From Calcarisporiella thermophila CBS 279.70 (taxonomy: Eukaryota > Fungi > Calcarisporiellomycota), in NCBI RefSeq assembly GCF_041956535.1, contig NW_027192212.1, positions 65,153 through 129,152 of the forward strand: a DNA stretch of 64,000 bases. Reading direction: 5' to 3'. The first letter of the stretch is position 1, and each line of letters starts with the position of its first letter. The position numbers and the translations under genes are program-made. Shown piece by piece: positions 12,588 through 24,796 of this stretch. The notes beneath the pieces were generated by a model that was not told where the DNA came from, searched no databases, and was given only the letters and a program-made list of their open reading frames with translations.

Positions 12588-14324
12588 TGCGAACATTATT
12601 AGAGCAATCGCAAGTCCCCAAAGAATTATGGACCGAAGCTGTGCGAACAGCTACACTGGTGAAAAATATGTGGCCGTCAAAGCCAATCAATGGGAAATCG
12701 CCATATCAACTATGGTACAACAAGAATCCGGATATGGCGCAATTGCGTACCTTTGGTTGTCGAGCGTATGCGCATATTCCGAAGACCCAACGATCCAAGT
12801 TGGATCGCCGTGCGGAAGCTGGAGTCATGGTGGGATACAGTTATCAGTCTAAGGCTTGGCGGATATTTATACCCGAGTCAAGACGTATAATAGAATCGCG
12901 AGATGTACGATTTATTGAGAATGGGTTCCCATATCAATCCCAGCAGAATAAACCTCAACCCGATCTGGTGACATTATCTCTGAGCTGTGAGAGCTCTAAG
13001 GATGTATCGGGGATAGAGGGGGACGAACAAACCAAAACCGCCCGAAGCCGAAGATAAGGGGAAAACGAGTCAACAGGAAGAATCAGCTGAGAATAACTTG
13101 CAACTGCGACGATCCACGCGACAACGCAAGACGCCCCAGAACTTGGGACAATTTACAACTGATGCTTCCGATGAATCTCGTACAATACGAGAAGCACTGC
13201 AACGCAGTGATGCCGACCAGTGGCGCAAGGCAGCAGAGCATGAATTACAGTCACTCCGCGAACATGATGCGTGGGATCTGGTGCCGCTTCCACCTGGCAA
13301 GAAAGCAATTGGATCACGATGGGAGCTGAAAATAAAACGCAATGTGGATGGTACTGTCGAGCGTTATCGTGCACGGTTTGTTGCGCAGGCTTCTCTCAAG
13401 AAGCAGATATCGACTACCACAGCACCTATGCTTCAGTCGCTCAATATAGTTCTGTGCATATCATACTAGCAGTAGCGGCCGCGAATAGTTGGCCAATTCA
13501 TCAAGTCGACGTTTCCACTGCGTATTTAAACGGAACTGTAAAGGAAGAACTATACATACGTCAACCACCCGAATTTGAACAAGGAGATCTCGTATGTCGA
13601 CTGAAACGAAGCTTATACGGATTGAAGCAAGCGGCGCACGAATGGCAACGAGAAATAAAACAACGACTGATTTCGATTGGGCTAAACCCGACGAGGGCCG
13701 ACGAGGGCATTTATGTATTAAAAGAGGGACATGATGTCGTGATTGTTACGCTCTATGTAGATGACCTTATCATTACAGCAAACACGGAGAAACTTATTGC
13801 ATGGTTCAAGGGCGAGCTCGAGAAGGCATACAAAATTCGCGATCTGGGTGAAGTTTCGTTATATTTGGGATTAAATGTGACTTACGATAGCAAAGAGAAA
13901 TTGCTCCAAATCTCCCAAAGCCATTTCGCACAAGAGATCCTCGAGCGCTACCGTATGAACTTGGCCAAACCTGCGACAACACCCATGGAACTTAACCAGC
14001 AAATCACACCCGCAACGGATGACGATATCATTAATAATGTTCCCTACAGATCTGCGATCGGCGCCGTGCAATACCTGGCTAACATGACAAGGCCTGATTT
14101 ATCATATGCGGCAAACCGACTTTCGAGTTTCAACGAGAAACATAACAATGAACGTTGGCTTATGGTGAAGAGAATATTGCGGTACATTAAGGGGACAAAA
14201 GACCTCAAGCTAACATTCCAGGGAGATTCACTGCGTCTTGTGGGCTATGCGGATGCAGATTTTGCAAGCGACAAATACAATAGACGTTCAACGTCAGGGT
14301 ATGTTTTTAAGCTTGCAGGTGATG
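12588..14324 (+). mobile_element. Ty1/Copia pol fragment (integrase C-terminus, RT, start of RNase H)
   Basis: Motifs LRTFGCRAY, SKLDRRA, RYRARFVAQ-GFSQ, HQVDVSTAYLNG, SLYGLKQA, LYVDD, TRPDLSY, YADADFA and RRSTSGY. Integrase precedes RT. Frameshifts near 13030 and 13389. Confidence 0.95.
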
Positions 14325-15125
14325 NNNNNNNNNNNNNNNNNNNNNNNNNNNNNNNNNNNNNNNNNNNNNNNNNNNNNNNNNNNNNNNNNNNNNNNNNNNN
14401 NNNNNNNNNNNNNNNNNNNNNNNNNNNNNNNNNNNNNNNNNNNNNNNNNNNNNNNNNNNNNNNNNNNNNNNNNNNNNNNNNNNNNNNNNNNNNNNNNNNN
14501 NNNNNNNNNNNNNNNNNNNNNNNNNNNNNNNNNNNNNNNNNNNNNNNNNNNNNNNNNNNNNNNNNNNNNNNNNNNNNNNNNNNNNNNNNNNNNNNNNNNN
14601 NNNNNNNNNNNNNNNNNNNNNNNNNNNNNNNNNNNNNNNNNNNNNNNNNNNNNNNNNNNNNNNNNNNNNNNNNNNNNNNNNNNNNNNNNNNNNNNNNNNN
14701 NNNNNNNNNNNNNNNNNNNNNNNNNNNNNNNNNNNNNNNNNNNNNNNNNNNNNNNNNNNNNNNNNNNNNNNNNNNNNNNNNNNNNNNNNNNNNNNNNNNN
14801 NNNNNNNNNNNNNNNNNNNNNNNNNNNNNNNNNNNNNNNNNNNNNNNNNNNNNNNNNNNNNNNNNNNNNNNNNNNNNNNNNNNNNNNNNNNNNNNNNNNN
14901 NNNNNNNNNNNNNNNNNNNNNNNNNNNNNNNNNNNNNNNNNNNNNNNNNNNNNNNNNNNNNNNNNNNNNNNNNNNNNNNNNNNNNNNNNNNNNNNNNNNN
15001 NNNNNNNNNNNNNNNNNNNNNNNNNNNNNNNNNNNNNNNNNNNNNNNNNNNNNNNNNNNNNNNNNNNNNNNNNNNNNNNNNNNNNNNNNNNNNNNNNNNN
15101 NNNNNNNNNNNNNNNNNNNNNNNNN
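14325..15125. other. Assembly gap (801 N)
   Basis: N run. Confidence 1.
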
Positions 15126-15595
15126 GATCATGCCTGGTCATTCTCCAACAATTATGTTGCGCATTCTTCAAAAAGTTGTGACATTTCCTGAGATCAATCA
15201 AAAGTCTTGGATATTATCTGGGTAACCCTGGCAATGTAATTCTTTACTATGTGTATTTTAATCGAGTTTCTACTGTGATAAAAAATTTACCTCATTTCAA
15301 AAAGTAAAATGAACTATGATGAGAATGATGGTTAAGAAAAGTCAACTAACCACTTGAAAACTTTGTGAACCTATCAAGATAACAAGCCTTAGGTTCAAAT
15401 TAACCGGCTTTTATTTCATATTCTCATAATAACCAACTAACCTAATGAATTCCCCGTTAATGGTCCTTACAGATAAACCTGCCCTCGTACGGAGTTCAAA
15501 GTATAACTTATAGGTGCTTTCATATTAATTTCATTCACATCGGAGAGAAAAGTCTTATCGTAATTATTTAGGTTACAGATCTCGTACACAAAAAT

Positions 15596-16642
15596 ATGGC
15601 GTATATTAAGAGATTTGCTTCATCTTTGAGAGGACTCGTTCATAATCAAAATAGCTCCACAAATGATCCTTCTCGAATGATTTCTCCGGCTTCATTTCCA
15701 AATCGTTCAACGTCAAATGAACGAATCAGAATACATGCTTGGGTATATTACGGTGCTCCTGCTCTTACCGCTTCCGCAGATTACAAAGCTAATAAGATCG
15801 ATGTCCTTCGAGTGCAATATTTTAAACTACTTGACGATGGAATTCTCGAAAGAATAGATGAAGATTCAGATGATTTATACGCGACGCAGAATGGCTTTTC
15901 TGAGAGTAACATTCAGGACATAAGTGAGCATTCAGCTGAACAACTGGTTACTGTATCAGGTTCGATAGATAGTATGAGGTCACTCTTCGCTTGTGGCTCA
16001 AAAAAGTATAATGCAATTAATACGCTTGTAAAATTTGTCACAACTTACGAGCTTACGGGTATTGATATCGATTTCGAAACTTTTGGACGCTGGACTTTAG
16101 AGGACTATGATAATTACAAGGCTTTTGTCACTAGTCTGGGTATTAGGCTCAGAAATGCGAAAAAAAAGCTTGCAATATGCGGTCCTATGTGGACGTCAAA
16201 AGAATCCCCGTTGATATGGAATTACCCCGATTTCGTCAAGCTACCTGTTGATTATATAACTCCTATGCTCTATGATTATCAATGTGACTATGGCGGTGGT
16301 TCACCCATCTGCCCTTTGTCATGGCTGAAAGAGTGGACATTAAATATGCTTGAGATATTCCCCGTAGAGCGACTCGTTATAGGACTACCTTCATATGGAT
16401 ACACGGCAACCCTGGACAAATATGACATTCAAAATCTCACATTAGAACAAATTAAAGAAGCTGGTGGGTATAATGGTGGGAAAAGAGATAAAGAATCTGC
16501 TGAGGTCATAAAAATCACAGCTAATGGCCAAGTATTCGTATCTAACGATAAGATTTCGCTTAATACAAAATTACAGCTTGTACAAAGTCTAGGGATCAAA
16601 CAAGTCTCTATATGGCACCTTGGAGGAAATGATTGGTTTTAG
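15596..16642 (+). CDS. Glycoside hydrolase family 18 (chitinase-like), intronless, no signal peptide
   Basis: Catalytic motif TGIDIDFE (DxDxE), plus PMLYDY, LVIGLPSYGY and the terminal SIWHLGG. Confidence 0.88.
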   Translation: MAYIKRFASSLRGLVHNQNSSTNDPSRMISPASFPNRSTSNERIRIHAWVYYGAPALTASADYKANKIDVLRVQYFKLLDDGILERIDEDSDDLYATQNGFSESNIQDISEHSAEQLVTVSGSIDSMRSLFACGSKKYNAINTLVKFVTTYELTGIDIDFETFGRWTLEDYDNYKAFVTSLGIRLRNAKKKLAICGPMWTSKESPLIWNYPDFVKLPVDYITPMLYDYQCDYGGGSPICPLSWLKEWTLNMLEIFPVERLVIGLPSYGYTATLDKYDIQNLTLEQIKEAGGYNGGKRDKESAEVIKITANGQVFVSNDKISLNTKLQLVQSLGIKQVSIWHLGGNDWF

Positions 16643-17079
16643 TTATACATAAATACATAAATACATAATGATATATAAAATTTATATGTTACCAAGATTC
16701 CTCTGGTAGGATAACAACTCAATTTGGATGTAATTGCTTAACTTCATAAAAACATGGGAGATCCATAGGATAATACTTGTGAATCTTTTGAAGATAAAAG
16801 AGTTAGAGACTTTTAACCATATCAAATATTACATTGTTTTCCGTGAAAAAAAAAAAGATATCAATGGCCTATTGATCTCAAGCACTGCAATAAGTATTTT
16901 AGCCATTGTTTTTTATATATAATGCACATTTTAATTTCATTTGACATTTCGGATACCGAAAACTTAGACTGCCATAATAATCCTTGAGTAGATATATTTA
17001 AATTAGAATCAAAGGAAAATACAGACTAAGGTGTGGGTGTGAATAAATTTACAAAATATATTAATATTAAATTAAATGA

Positions 17080-18334
17080 TTAATGGATTTTAATATCTAT
17101 TCTCAATGGCCTGTTCAAAGTAACGTTAAGATTAAACTGATCAATGAACTTGAATAATTTGTTTTCTTGTTCTCTGACTTGTGTAATATTGCCTCCCATC
17201 ATCAAGATCCAAGAATCAGGTTGCCTTTTAAGCTTTGGAATAATAGCGGGCTTTGGGCGTGGTGGTTTCGATTTATTCTGTGTCGCACCTTCGTCATCGA
17301 TAATACTCTGAGAGGTCATAGTGGTTTCAGGATAGTCTTGGTAAACATAACACAGATTGTCGCTAGTTGTAGGCATAACCGAAGCGACTTGAATATTGAA
17401 TGGCTTTAGATAGTCAGATATATACACACGACTCCCATCCTTATTTGTTCCTCCATACTGGTACACATAGAGAGGATCACGTTTTTGCCAGTCTGCCCAG
17501 ATTTTATCGATATATGCGTGATGCATATAGAAAATTGGACTGCAAGAAAGCAAATATTAATTTAGATCAATCTCAAAAATACTACAAGTTGATAATACAC
17601 CTACTCATTAGGGCCTGCCATTGTAGCCATATCACCGCCAACTCCATTATGAATCCCAGCGTGGGGGTTGCCTTCAATTGCCGGATGAAAATCCTGATAC
17701 CTGTTATTGCTATAGACGATATGTTGGATGGTGGTAGGGTCCGCAACATATCCTTTCAAGTTTTCAAGGGAGCGCTGGAGACAGTGCGGAGATGTCTGAT
17801 CGTAGTCCTTATAGGTGACTTGCCAATTGGCAAATGGGCCAGTACTAACACAACTACCACTACCGCCGCACCAGTCGTTTGAGAATACAGGACTTGAAAT
17901 GGGATTAAGATAGTCTTCACTCCAATTCTGTATCGATAATTCGTTATTGTTCGTACTTAAACAATTAATCTAGAATATCTACTTACCCAATATGGTATCA
18001 CAACATTAGGGTTTATACTCTGCAACGCTTTTTCATATTCACGGAGGTAAGCGCGATGCCATGGGAGAAACTGGGGTTGATAATGAGCATATGCCGTAGC
18101 TTCCTGGTGCCATTTAGTCAGTAAATCATAACGACTTGGTCTGACGCCTTGATTAAGTTGTTTCACCGCATTGATGAAATCAATACGCTCTTGTGTTGTG
18201 AATTGACGGATCTCTTTGCGTACAGCAATAGTGGCACAACTACCTTCAGCATAAGGAACGGAGGAGAGTAACGGGATAAATGCAAAGATATAAAAAATAA
18301 AGAGGTTTCGGGAGAAAATAGCTCCGAGCTTCAT
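17080..18334 (-). CDS. Secreted tyrosinase (type-3 di-copper), 3 exons; introns ~17928-17986 and ~17540-17605
   Basis: Signal peptide; CuA site H..AH..PQFLPWHR; PYW|NW junction; CuB site PHAGIHNGVGGDM..PND|PIFYMHHAYID. Confidence 0.93.
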
Positions 18335-21025
18335 TCTATTAGCAGGATGTAGTGAGAGGAATGGGAGAGTGATAAGGTTGTTTTTTTATTGATATATCTT
18401 TGGGATTTATTCCCTGAGCTCTAAAGCGAAATGTTATACATTATATACTCTAGCGTTGATTTGGCAAATGAAACCGGGTGAATTGGCCAGGTACAACTGC
18501 CATTTATTATTATATAGCTAATTTTCGTGGGAAGCCCAGAATTAGGCTAATTAAAACTGAATCGTTACCAGTAAATCGAATTTTGAATTTGGTTCATATG
18601 GAACACCACTGCTAAGGTAACATGGTCTAAGCAAGAGAATTCGCCATAGGAAACCTAACGGGTAAGAAAATCACTATAATTATATTTTTATGTCCGCTGG
18701 CAGCATTCTACGTTAACCTGCCTTTTTGAAATATGAAAACTGATATATTCTAATGATTGCGAGAAACCCAACCAGATTGTGAATCTGCAAATGTGGAGAA
18801 ATCATGGAGGCGTAGCTAACGATATTAATCTTCTATGCTAGTAATAATTTAATTTTAAAATGTTGTATACGGACTATTAAATTGCAAAAAAAAAAATACT
18901 TGTAGTTTAATATCTAGATTTTTTTTATTATTAGAGTCAGTGGATGGTTTCTCTAAGTTAGGTCAATATTCCGTCTCCTGGTGTATTAATAATATATTCT
19001 GATTACAAACATTTAATTACCTGGGAATATCCTAGATATCAATTTATGCATTAAGGCACCATTAATTTTAAAAATTCCCTTTGTTTAGGAAATGCCTCAA
19101 ACTTAACCATTTGCCAAAATAGCTCAAAATAGATATCTTTCCGCTCACAAAATACCTTGGCACGAGGAGTTTACCTGGTTCGAAATGAGTTGCATGATGA
19201 TTCCTGGGTTAATGATATTGGCTTTATTAACGAGAAATATTCGGCTGGCAAAATGATAAAGATTTATATAAATTTTAGAATCATTTTAGAAGATATTATA
19301 ACTTTACAACTTTCTTTTAGATGAAATATTATATATAGCTTGTTTTTATTTCTACGACAATATCCTGGGTTAAATTGGTGAAAAAGAAAGTAACAGTTGA
19401 AATGACCTTGGTGTTATTGAAAATATTAGGCAAAGAGCACCTTAATAAAAGGTCAACGTTAGCCAATTCATTAGTAATGCAAGCCTACGTATCCCAGGTT
19501 TTACACAAAGAAATGTTAGAGCAGGATATCCTAGTGTGATTTGACAACATTGACAATCAACTCCCTGGTTCCCTTTCCGAGGAATCACATTAGAACCGAT
19601 ACCTTTATATAGTCTTATTTTGTTATCCCAGGCTAAAAACGTTTTTATTTTCTATTTACTCTGTAATTATTTTATTTTTTAATAAAACGGCCTCATCATC
19701 ATGAAATAAGGACCACTGATTGAATATCTCATTTATTCTAAGCTGCATAACCAGTGGTGGTGAGTGTCCTTAAGGCTTTTTAGTGGGCTAAGATGAGGGG
19801 ATATTCGAAGTAGATACTGTGCGCGAGTCATACAATAAGATAATGCTGAACATCGATACGGTATTTACTTGAGCATATATTGTCTTAATTGAATTACTTT
19901 AGCTCGCATATATACAATGGCCCTGTACTTGGTCTGCCGTGCAATCTCAGTGGAATTCCGAGACGAGGGCGGCAATGAGGAAAGCTTGAGGATGGAGATA
20001 GTTCCATCTTCAGTATCGACTATGAATGAATAACTAAGAGAGCGTCGCGTGATAAGACAACTGTGGACAATGTAGATACACGAACAATGCGAAGATTGAC
20101 ACGCACGTGTGGATATGAAGAGGTTAGCGCTGGAGATGTCGATATGATATCCGAAGAGAACGCGACAGAGCCTGCGGAAGGACGGTCGGTCGAGGAGGAA
20201 CGTCCTCCAGGTCGCTCGCTGCAGCGAACTGGACGCTAGTATACTACACAATGTGTAAATAGGGATTATTACCCTACCTAATAGCATGCAATGAGATGGC
20301 TCCTTTTTTGTTTAGCTGCCTAACATATTGACGACTATACCACGTGAAGTAAACATCCCATTGCGATATTGACTAATGATAGGCGGGGGTAAACGTGTTT
20401 TCTCAGCGTCACCTTTCTAACATCTACATAATGGCACTTGTGCGACGCGACAAGCAGGGAAAATGTGTAGCTGATGATGTTCGTGTACCATGACGTCTTC
20501 TGAAGAGTATGCCAAACCGTCGTCGTAAGCAAAGTCAACCGATAGTCGCCAAGAGTGTCAGCGCTACACAAGCAATTGCTTCAGCGCAAGTGGGTGTACA
20601 AATGCCGCACACTCATGTGTCACAGTCATACACAATCAAGGTGCCATTCAACTATTGTAGAAGCGTTGTTGCGATTGGTTATAAAATCATCAGCTTTGCT
20701 AGACAAATGAAGCTCATGCTGAGACGCAGCTTTGTATTACAGCCAAGTCCGATGAAAGAGGTGTCCGTGGACGTTTCACGGCGACATGGTAAAATTCATT
20801 TTTTCTATGAATTCTTACTGTGGCAATCCGAGCGACCATTGAGATTTTCTGGAATATTGGAAGCTTTGCCGCAGCATCGGCGGTTGTACCGTATCATTCA
20901 CTAAATGGGTTTGCACTCAGCTGACATTCTGAGAGAAGTATAAATGGGCTTGAAAATTCCCTGGTAAGTCGAAAATCATCAGTAAAGTTAATTTCTGCAC
21001 TAATCAACACCTTTCTGACATTAAT

Positions 21026-21451
21026 ATGACGGCCGACTTCGATTCTACTCCAAAAATCGTTTTTGGCATATTTGGAGCTTTCTTCGGTATTATACTCCTT
21101 TCGATACTTGTCAGCTCTTGTCGATCAAAATCTCAGATCGTGACTAAGCCACACGCTCCAGTAATAGTACGAGTGGGTTCTGTATACCATATTACTATCC
21201 CTGAGTCCGCACATACCTCTCACGACTCGCATCACAATACCGTTTGGTGTACCAGTCCTACGCCCGCGGCAGATTGCTATGGCACATCGATACATGATCA
21301 CTACACCCCATCCAATGATACATGTGTGTCGATTTCCTATGATACATCGACAACCACTTACTGCGATAACTCTACGCCATCGTCCAACGATACGCCATCT
21401 CCATCTTCCAGTGATACGTCGCCTCCTTCGTCCAGTGACACTTCGTACTAA
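21026..21451 (+). CDS. Hypothetical single-pass membrane protein with Ser/Thr/Pro/Asp-rich repeated tail
   Basis: 141-aa ATG ORF with an N-terminal hydrophobic segment and PSSxDT repeats. TATAAA lies at ~20939. Confidence 0.6.
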   Translation: MTADFDSTPKIVFGIFGAFFGIILLSILVSSCRSKSQIVTKPHAPVIVRVGSVYHITIPESAHTSHDSHHNTVWCTSPTPAADCYGTSIHDHYTPSNDTCVSISYDTSTTTYCDNSTPSSNDTPSPSSSDTSPPSSSDTSY

Positions 21452-22541
21452 GTTTCGAATGATTAGCATGCCGCTTCCAAGCTCCCTTAGACATGAACTA
21501 GATTGCCGTAGTCATTCCATACCCAAATTTGAAGTTTTCTTGTGTAATTATGTTGTAGATAAACGCGATAGTTGTATTGCGATACTTTTTCCTTGCTTGG
21601 ATGTAGTATGGAATGTTTCCTGATTCTAATTTGTGAATATCTGTTGTGTATAACAATAATGCTAAATTTCATAAAGTGTCCATACTCCACTCTCTTCCAT
21701 TTCAATTGGGAACGAATTCACATCATTATTGAGCTCTTCTAATTCAATTCGATATTCCTATGATCTATCCGACTGATATGATCCTATGTAGCAATAATAA
21801 ATTATATTACAGCATTTTCCAAACACATTATACTTTCCAACCTAGTAAAATATTCACTTTTACAATGAAGCAATATGCTATGGCATAAAGGGAAAGGCAA
21901 CTAGGCAGGCGATGTCATGACGTTAATTTCGTCAAGATGTTACTAACCAAAAATTAACCAACGATAGTGATACTAAATTAATTTGTATAGCATTATTGTA
22001 AGGTTTGATTTTTTTTTACATTTACAGTTTGATTTCAGGTCCTTACTTTTCTTTTTGTATGTTATTTTTATTATATTATTATAGGTAAGGATCAGATATA
22101 AATCATTTTTCTTTAGCAAATATTTACTAATAAACATTCCTATTTTTTTTGTTATTTTTATTATTATTTCTATTACATAATTAAAAGTGTCAAAAAGTAG
22201 AAATTTCCTTTGTAACAGACTGAGCACAAAGCCTGGCAATTCAGCCGTGGGAAAGAGCGGAAAAGAACTAGGGAAATTTCCCATAATTGGAATGCACTAA
22301 TAATACAATCCTAGCATGCGTGATTAACAGTAAAATAAAGTCAAGTTGTTCAAAAGACAGGCTTGGGAAGATTAAACCTCAAATAGATTAACATGTTACA
22401 TGTGCAAAATCTCCCAAATTCATTGGATTCTAGCATCGTTCTGCACGGGAAATGTGTACTAGGCGACGGTTTACAATTCACTAAGTTTTCCGTTATTCAC
22501 GGATAGATTAAATATCTATTCTTGTTTTTCTGGGTCATTAA

Positions 22542-22813
22542 TGTTGTATTTTTAATAAGATTATATTGACAAAAGGAAAGAAGACAGATAGAAGGGATAA
22601 TACAAATAACACACACCAAGGAACTCAAGATAGAAAGCACATACTATATATATATATCTGATTGGTTAGGGTAGGAGATAAAAAGGGATAAAGATGGTGA
22701 GACGCATGCTCGTACATGTAAGGCGCGTGCTTGTACAAGTGTGCTTTTAACTGACATAGCACAAATATTATCTGGAATATATCAGACTACCAGTCACGCC
22801 TGGTCGTCCTCCA
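22542..22813. mobile_element. Solo LTR (Copia-type), 272 bp
   Basis: TG...CA ends with an exact 5-bp TSD ATTAA on both sides. Similar to 12426-12540. Confidence 0.8.
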
Positions 22814-23032
22814 ATTAATCCAATTGTATCTATTGTGTAATTGTTTCTTTAATAATTATTCTGATAGGTTTACACAACGTCCTTCATTTCAAATGGTAGA
22901 ACCGTCCTTCGTCATTAATGCATCATCGACCCGTGCTTTCGAATATTTAAAGGTCGTTCTTTCTGCATTTGTCGTCCCATACTTGTCCTTTATTCGCTTC
23001 GTGAATTCTTACTTCATCAATTGCTTGAAACA

Positions 23033-23347
23033 ATGAAGGTTCTAATTCTTCTCGCTAGCGCCATTGCCGGCGCCATGGCCTCAACCCTTGAAATTTACAA
23101 CAAGCCGAATTTCCAGGGTGGTTTACGCTTCACCCTACGATCGTGCAAGTGCGAAACGATTGACTCTGGCTACGTCGGCTCTTGGCGCGTGGGTGCCGGC
23201 GGACGAGGAGAGCGCTTCTGCTTCTGGAAAACGAATGACTGCCAGGCCCACGGTTTGCCTAAATGGTGCGCAACCCTTCCAGCTGGACGCGAAGACAAAA
23301 ACCCTGGAGACAAGCACTGGAAATCCGTGTCCAAGGGTGGTTGCTAA
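23033..23347 (+). CDS. Small secreted beta/gamma-crystallin-like cysteine-containing protein (104 aa)
   Basis: Signal peptide; IYNKPNFQG...VGSWRV Greek-key-like motif; 6 Cys; codon usage richer in GC than the flanks. Confidence 0.75.
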   Translation: MKVLILLASAIAGAMASTLEIYNKPNFQGGLRFTLRSCKCETIDSGYVGSWRVGAGGRGERFCFWKTNDCQAHGLPKWCATLPAGREDKNPGDKHWKSVSKGGC

Positions 23348-24079
23348 TGCTCTAGCTTGTTTAAAGGCCTTGTTATCGTTAGGTTACATAGTTTAATTGT
23401 CTCTGTTATGAAGCTGCCCTTTATGGCAGGATCGTATTGTGTTGACCCTGACGATTAAATATATTGGCTCTCAATTTCTGTAGTAGCGTTATCTACTGTT
23501 CTTTATAGTCGAAATCAATAATATGACACCTTTTTTGAAATGTCCATGGCCATGCACGGTGAACTTGAAAATCCTTCCACTACGGTAGTGGCATTAAAGA
23601 TTAATAACGCTGATTAATCATCCTCATCCCATGTAAAGGCTACTCAAAAGATTGACACTTTGTTGTTCTTTAATGAGGTATTTATTTTAGTATGAAATTT
23701 TGGGCTGAAAATTGAAGCCTACATTAAAAATGTCAATGACTCTATGTAACAAACACTGGATAAAAGGTTTGAATTCGGTTCCGAGAAATTGTTGCAGAGT
23801 TGCTCCTTACAATCCGAACAGTTGCCTGCGATTGTCAGCGTCAGATGACAGACTGTCCAATGCAACATTGTTCAAGAAAGAGTAACTTTGTTGGACGACG
23901 GTAACAATATTATTATCGTATCGCCCTACATAGCGCTGGTGATGAACGGATCGGATAACAAATTCAAGTAATATACTTGAAGACTACATATCACGAATAA
24001 AGACGACCAAATACTACGTGATATATTATTCTAAGGATGGGTAAGGTAATCGTAATAATAACGTCCTAATCAACCTACT

Positions 24080-24796
24080 CCACCACGTTAGGTCAAGCCG
24101 TTTCTTATGCAGCTCTCGACTACCGAGCTGAAGAACAGCCTTGTCGCCTTGAAGAACTCCCACAACTGCTACTACAAGGCTCAAAAAGAACAACATGTCG
24201 AGTGATCGAGCACCTGGTGCAGATGATGACGGCTTCGGCACCGTGACTCTCTTCGAAAACCTGCGGGCCTTAGCTGCCAACGAATTTGTGCCCAAGCGTA
24301 CCGTCGAGTTCCAGTTCTACATGGCTGAGGATGCCGGTCTTCTAGGATCGCAAGAAATCACCAGCAACTACAAGCGCAATAATATCAATGTCGTGACCAT
24401 GTTACAGCTCAACATGGCCGGTAGGATGCCGAATGGTACAAGCTACTTGGATGCGTGATACGCTTCAAATCCACATCGCTAACTTGACCGTATCGGATCG
24501 ATGTTATTACCGATTATACGGACAAGAACCTTGCGGTCTTTATGCGCAAAATCATTTTAACGTACACGCATTTGCCATAGGGAATTATCCGGTGCGGCTA
24601 CGCCTGCTCGGACCACGCTTCCTTCAACAAATACGTCTTTCCCAGTGCAAAGGCCTTCGAAGCCATCACAGGTGGCGCCGATAATCCATACATACACACT
24701 TTCAAGGATATCATTGAAAACGGCATTGGCTTAAATCCTGTCCTCGAGTTTGCCAAACATAGTCTTGCCTACTTGCATGAAACTTCCAATGCCTAA
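24080..24796 (+). pseudogene. M28 leucine aminopeptidase (LAP1-like) pseudogene, 5' truncated
   Basis: Motifs RAPGADDDG, RTVEFQFY.AED.GLLGS, CGYACSDHASF and NPYIHT. In-frame TAG at ~24578. Metal/catalytic motifs are altered (EE>ED, DM>NM) and no N-terminus is found. Confidence 0.85.

Noticed and set aside
14238-15201. Long ORFs of 274-636 aa crossing the gap
   Set aside because: Artefacts of translating the N run.
19818-20904. Slightly GC-richer stretch with ORFs 19865-20287 and 20509-20904; possible LTR remnant
   Set aside because: No recognisable protein motif, and no matching TSD or second copy in the window.
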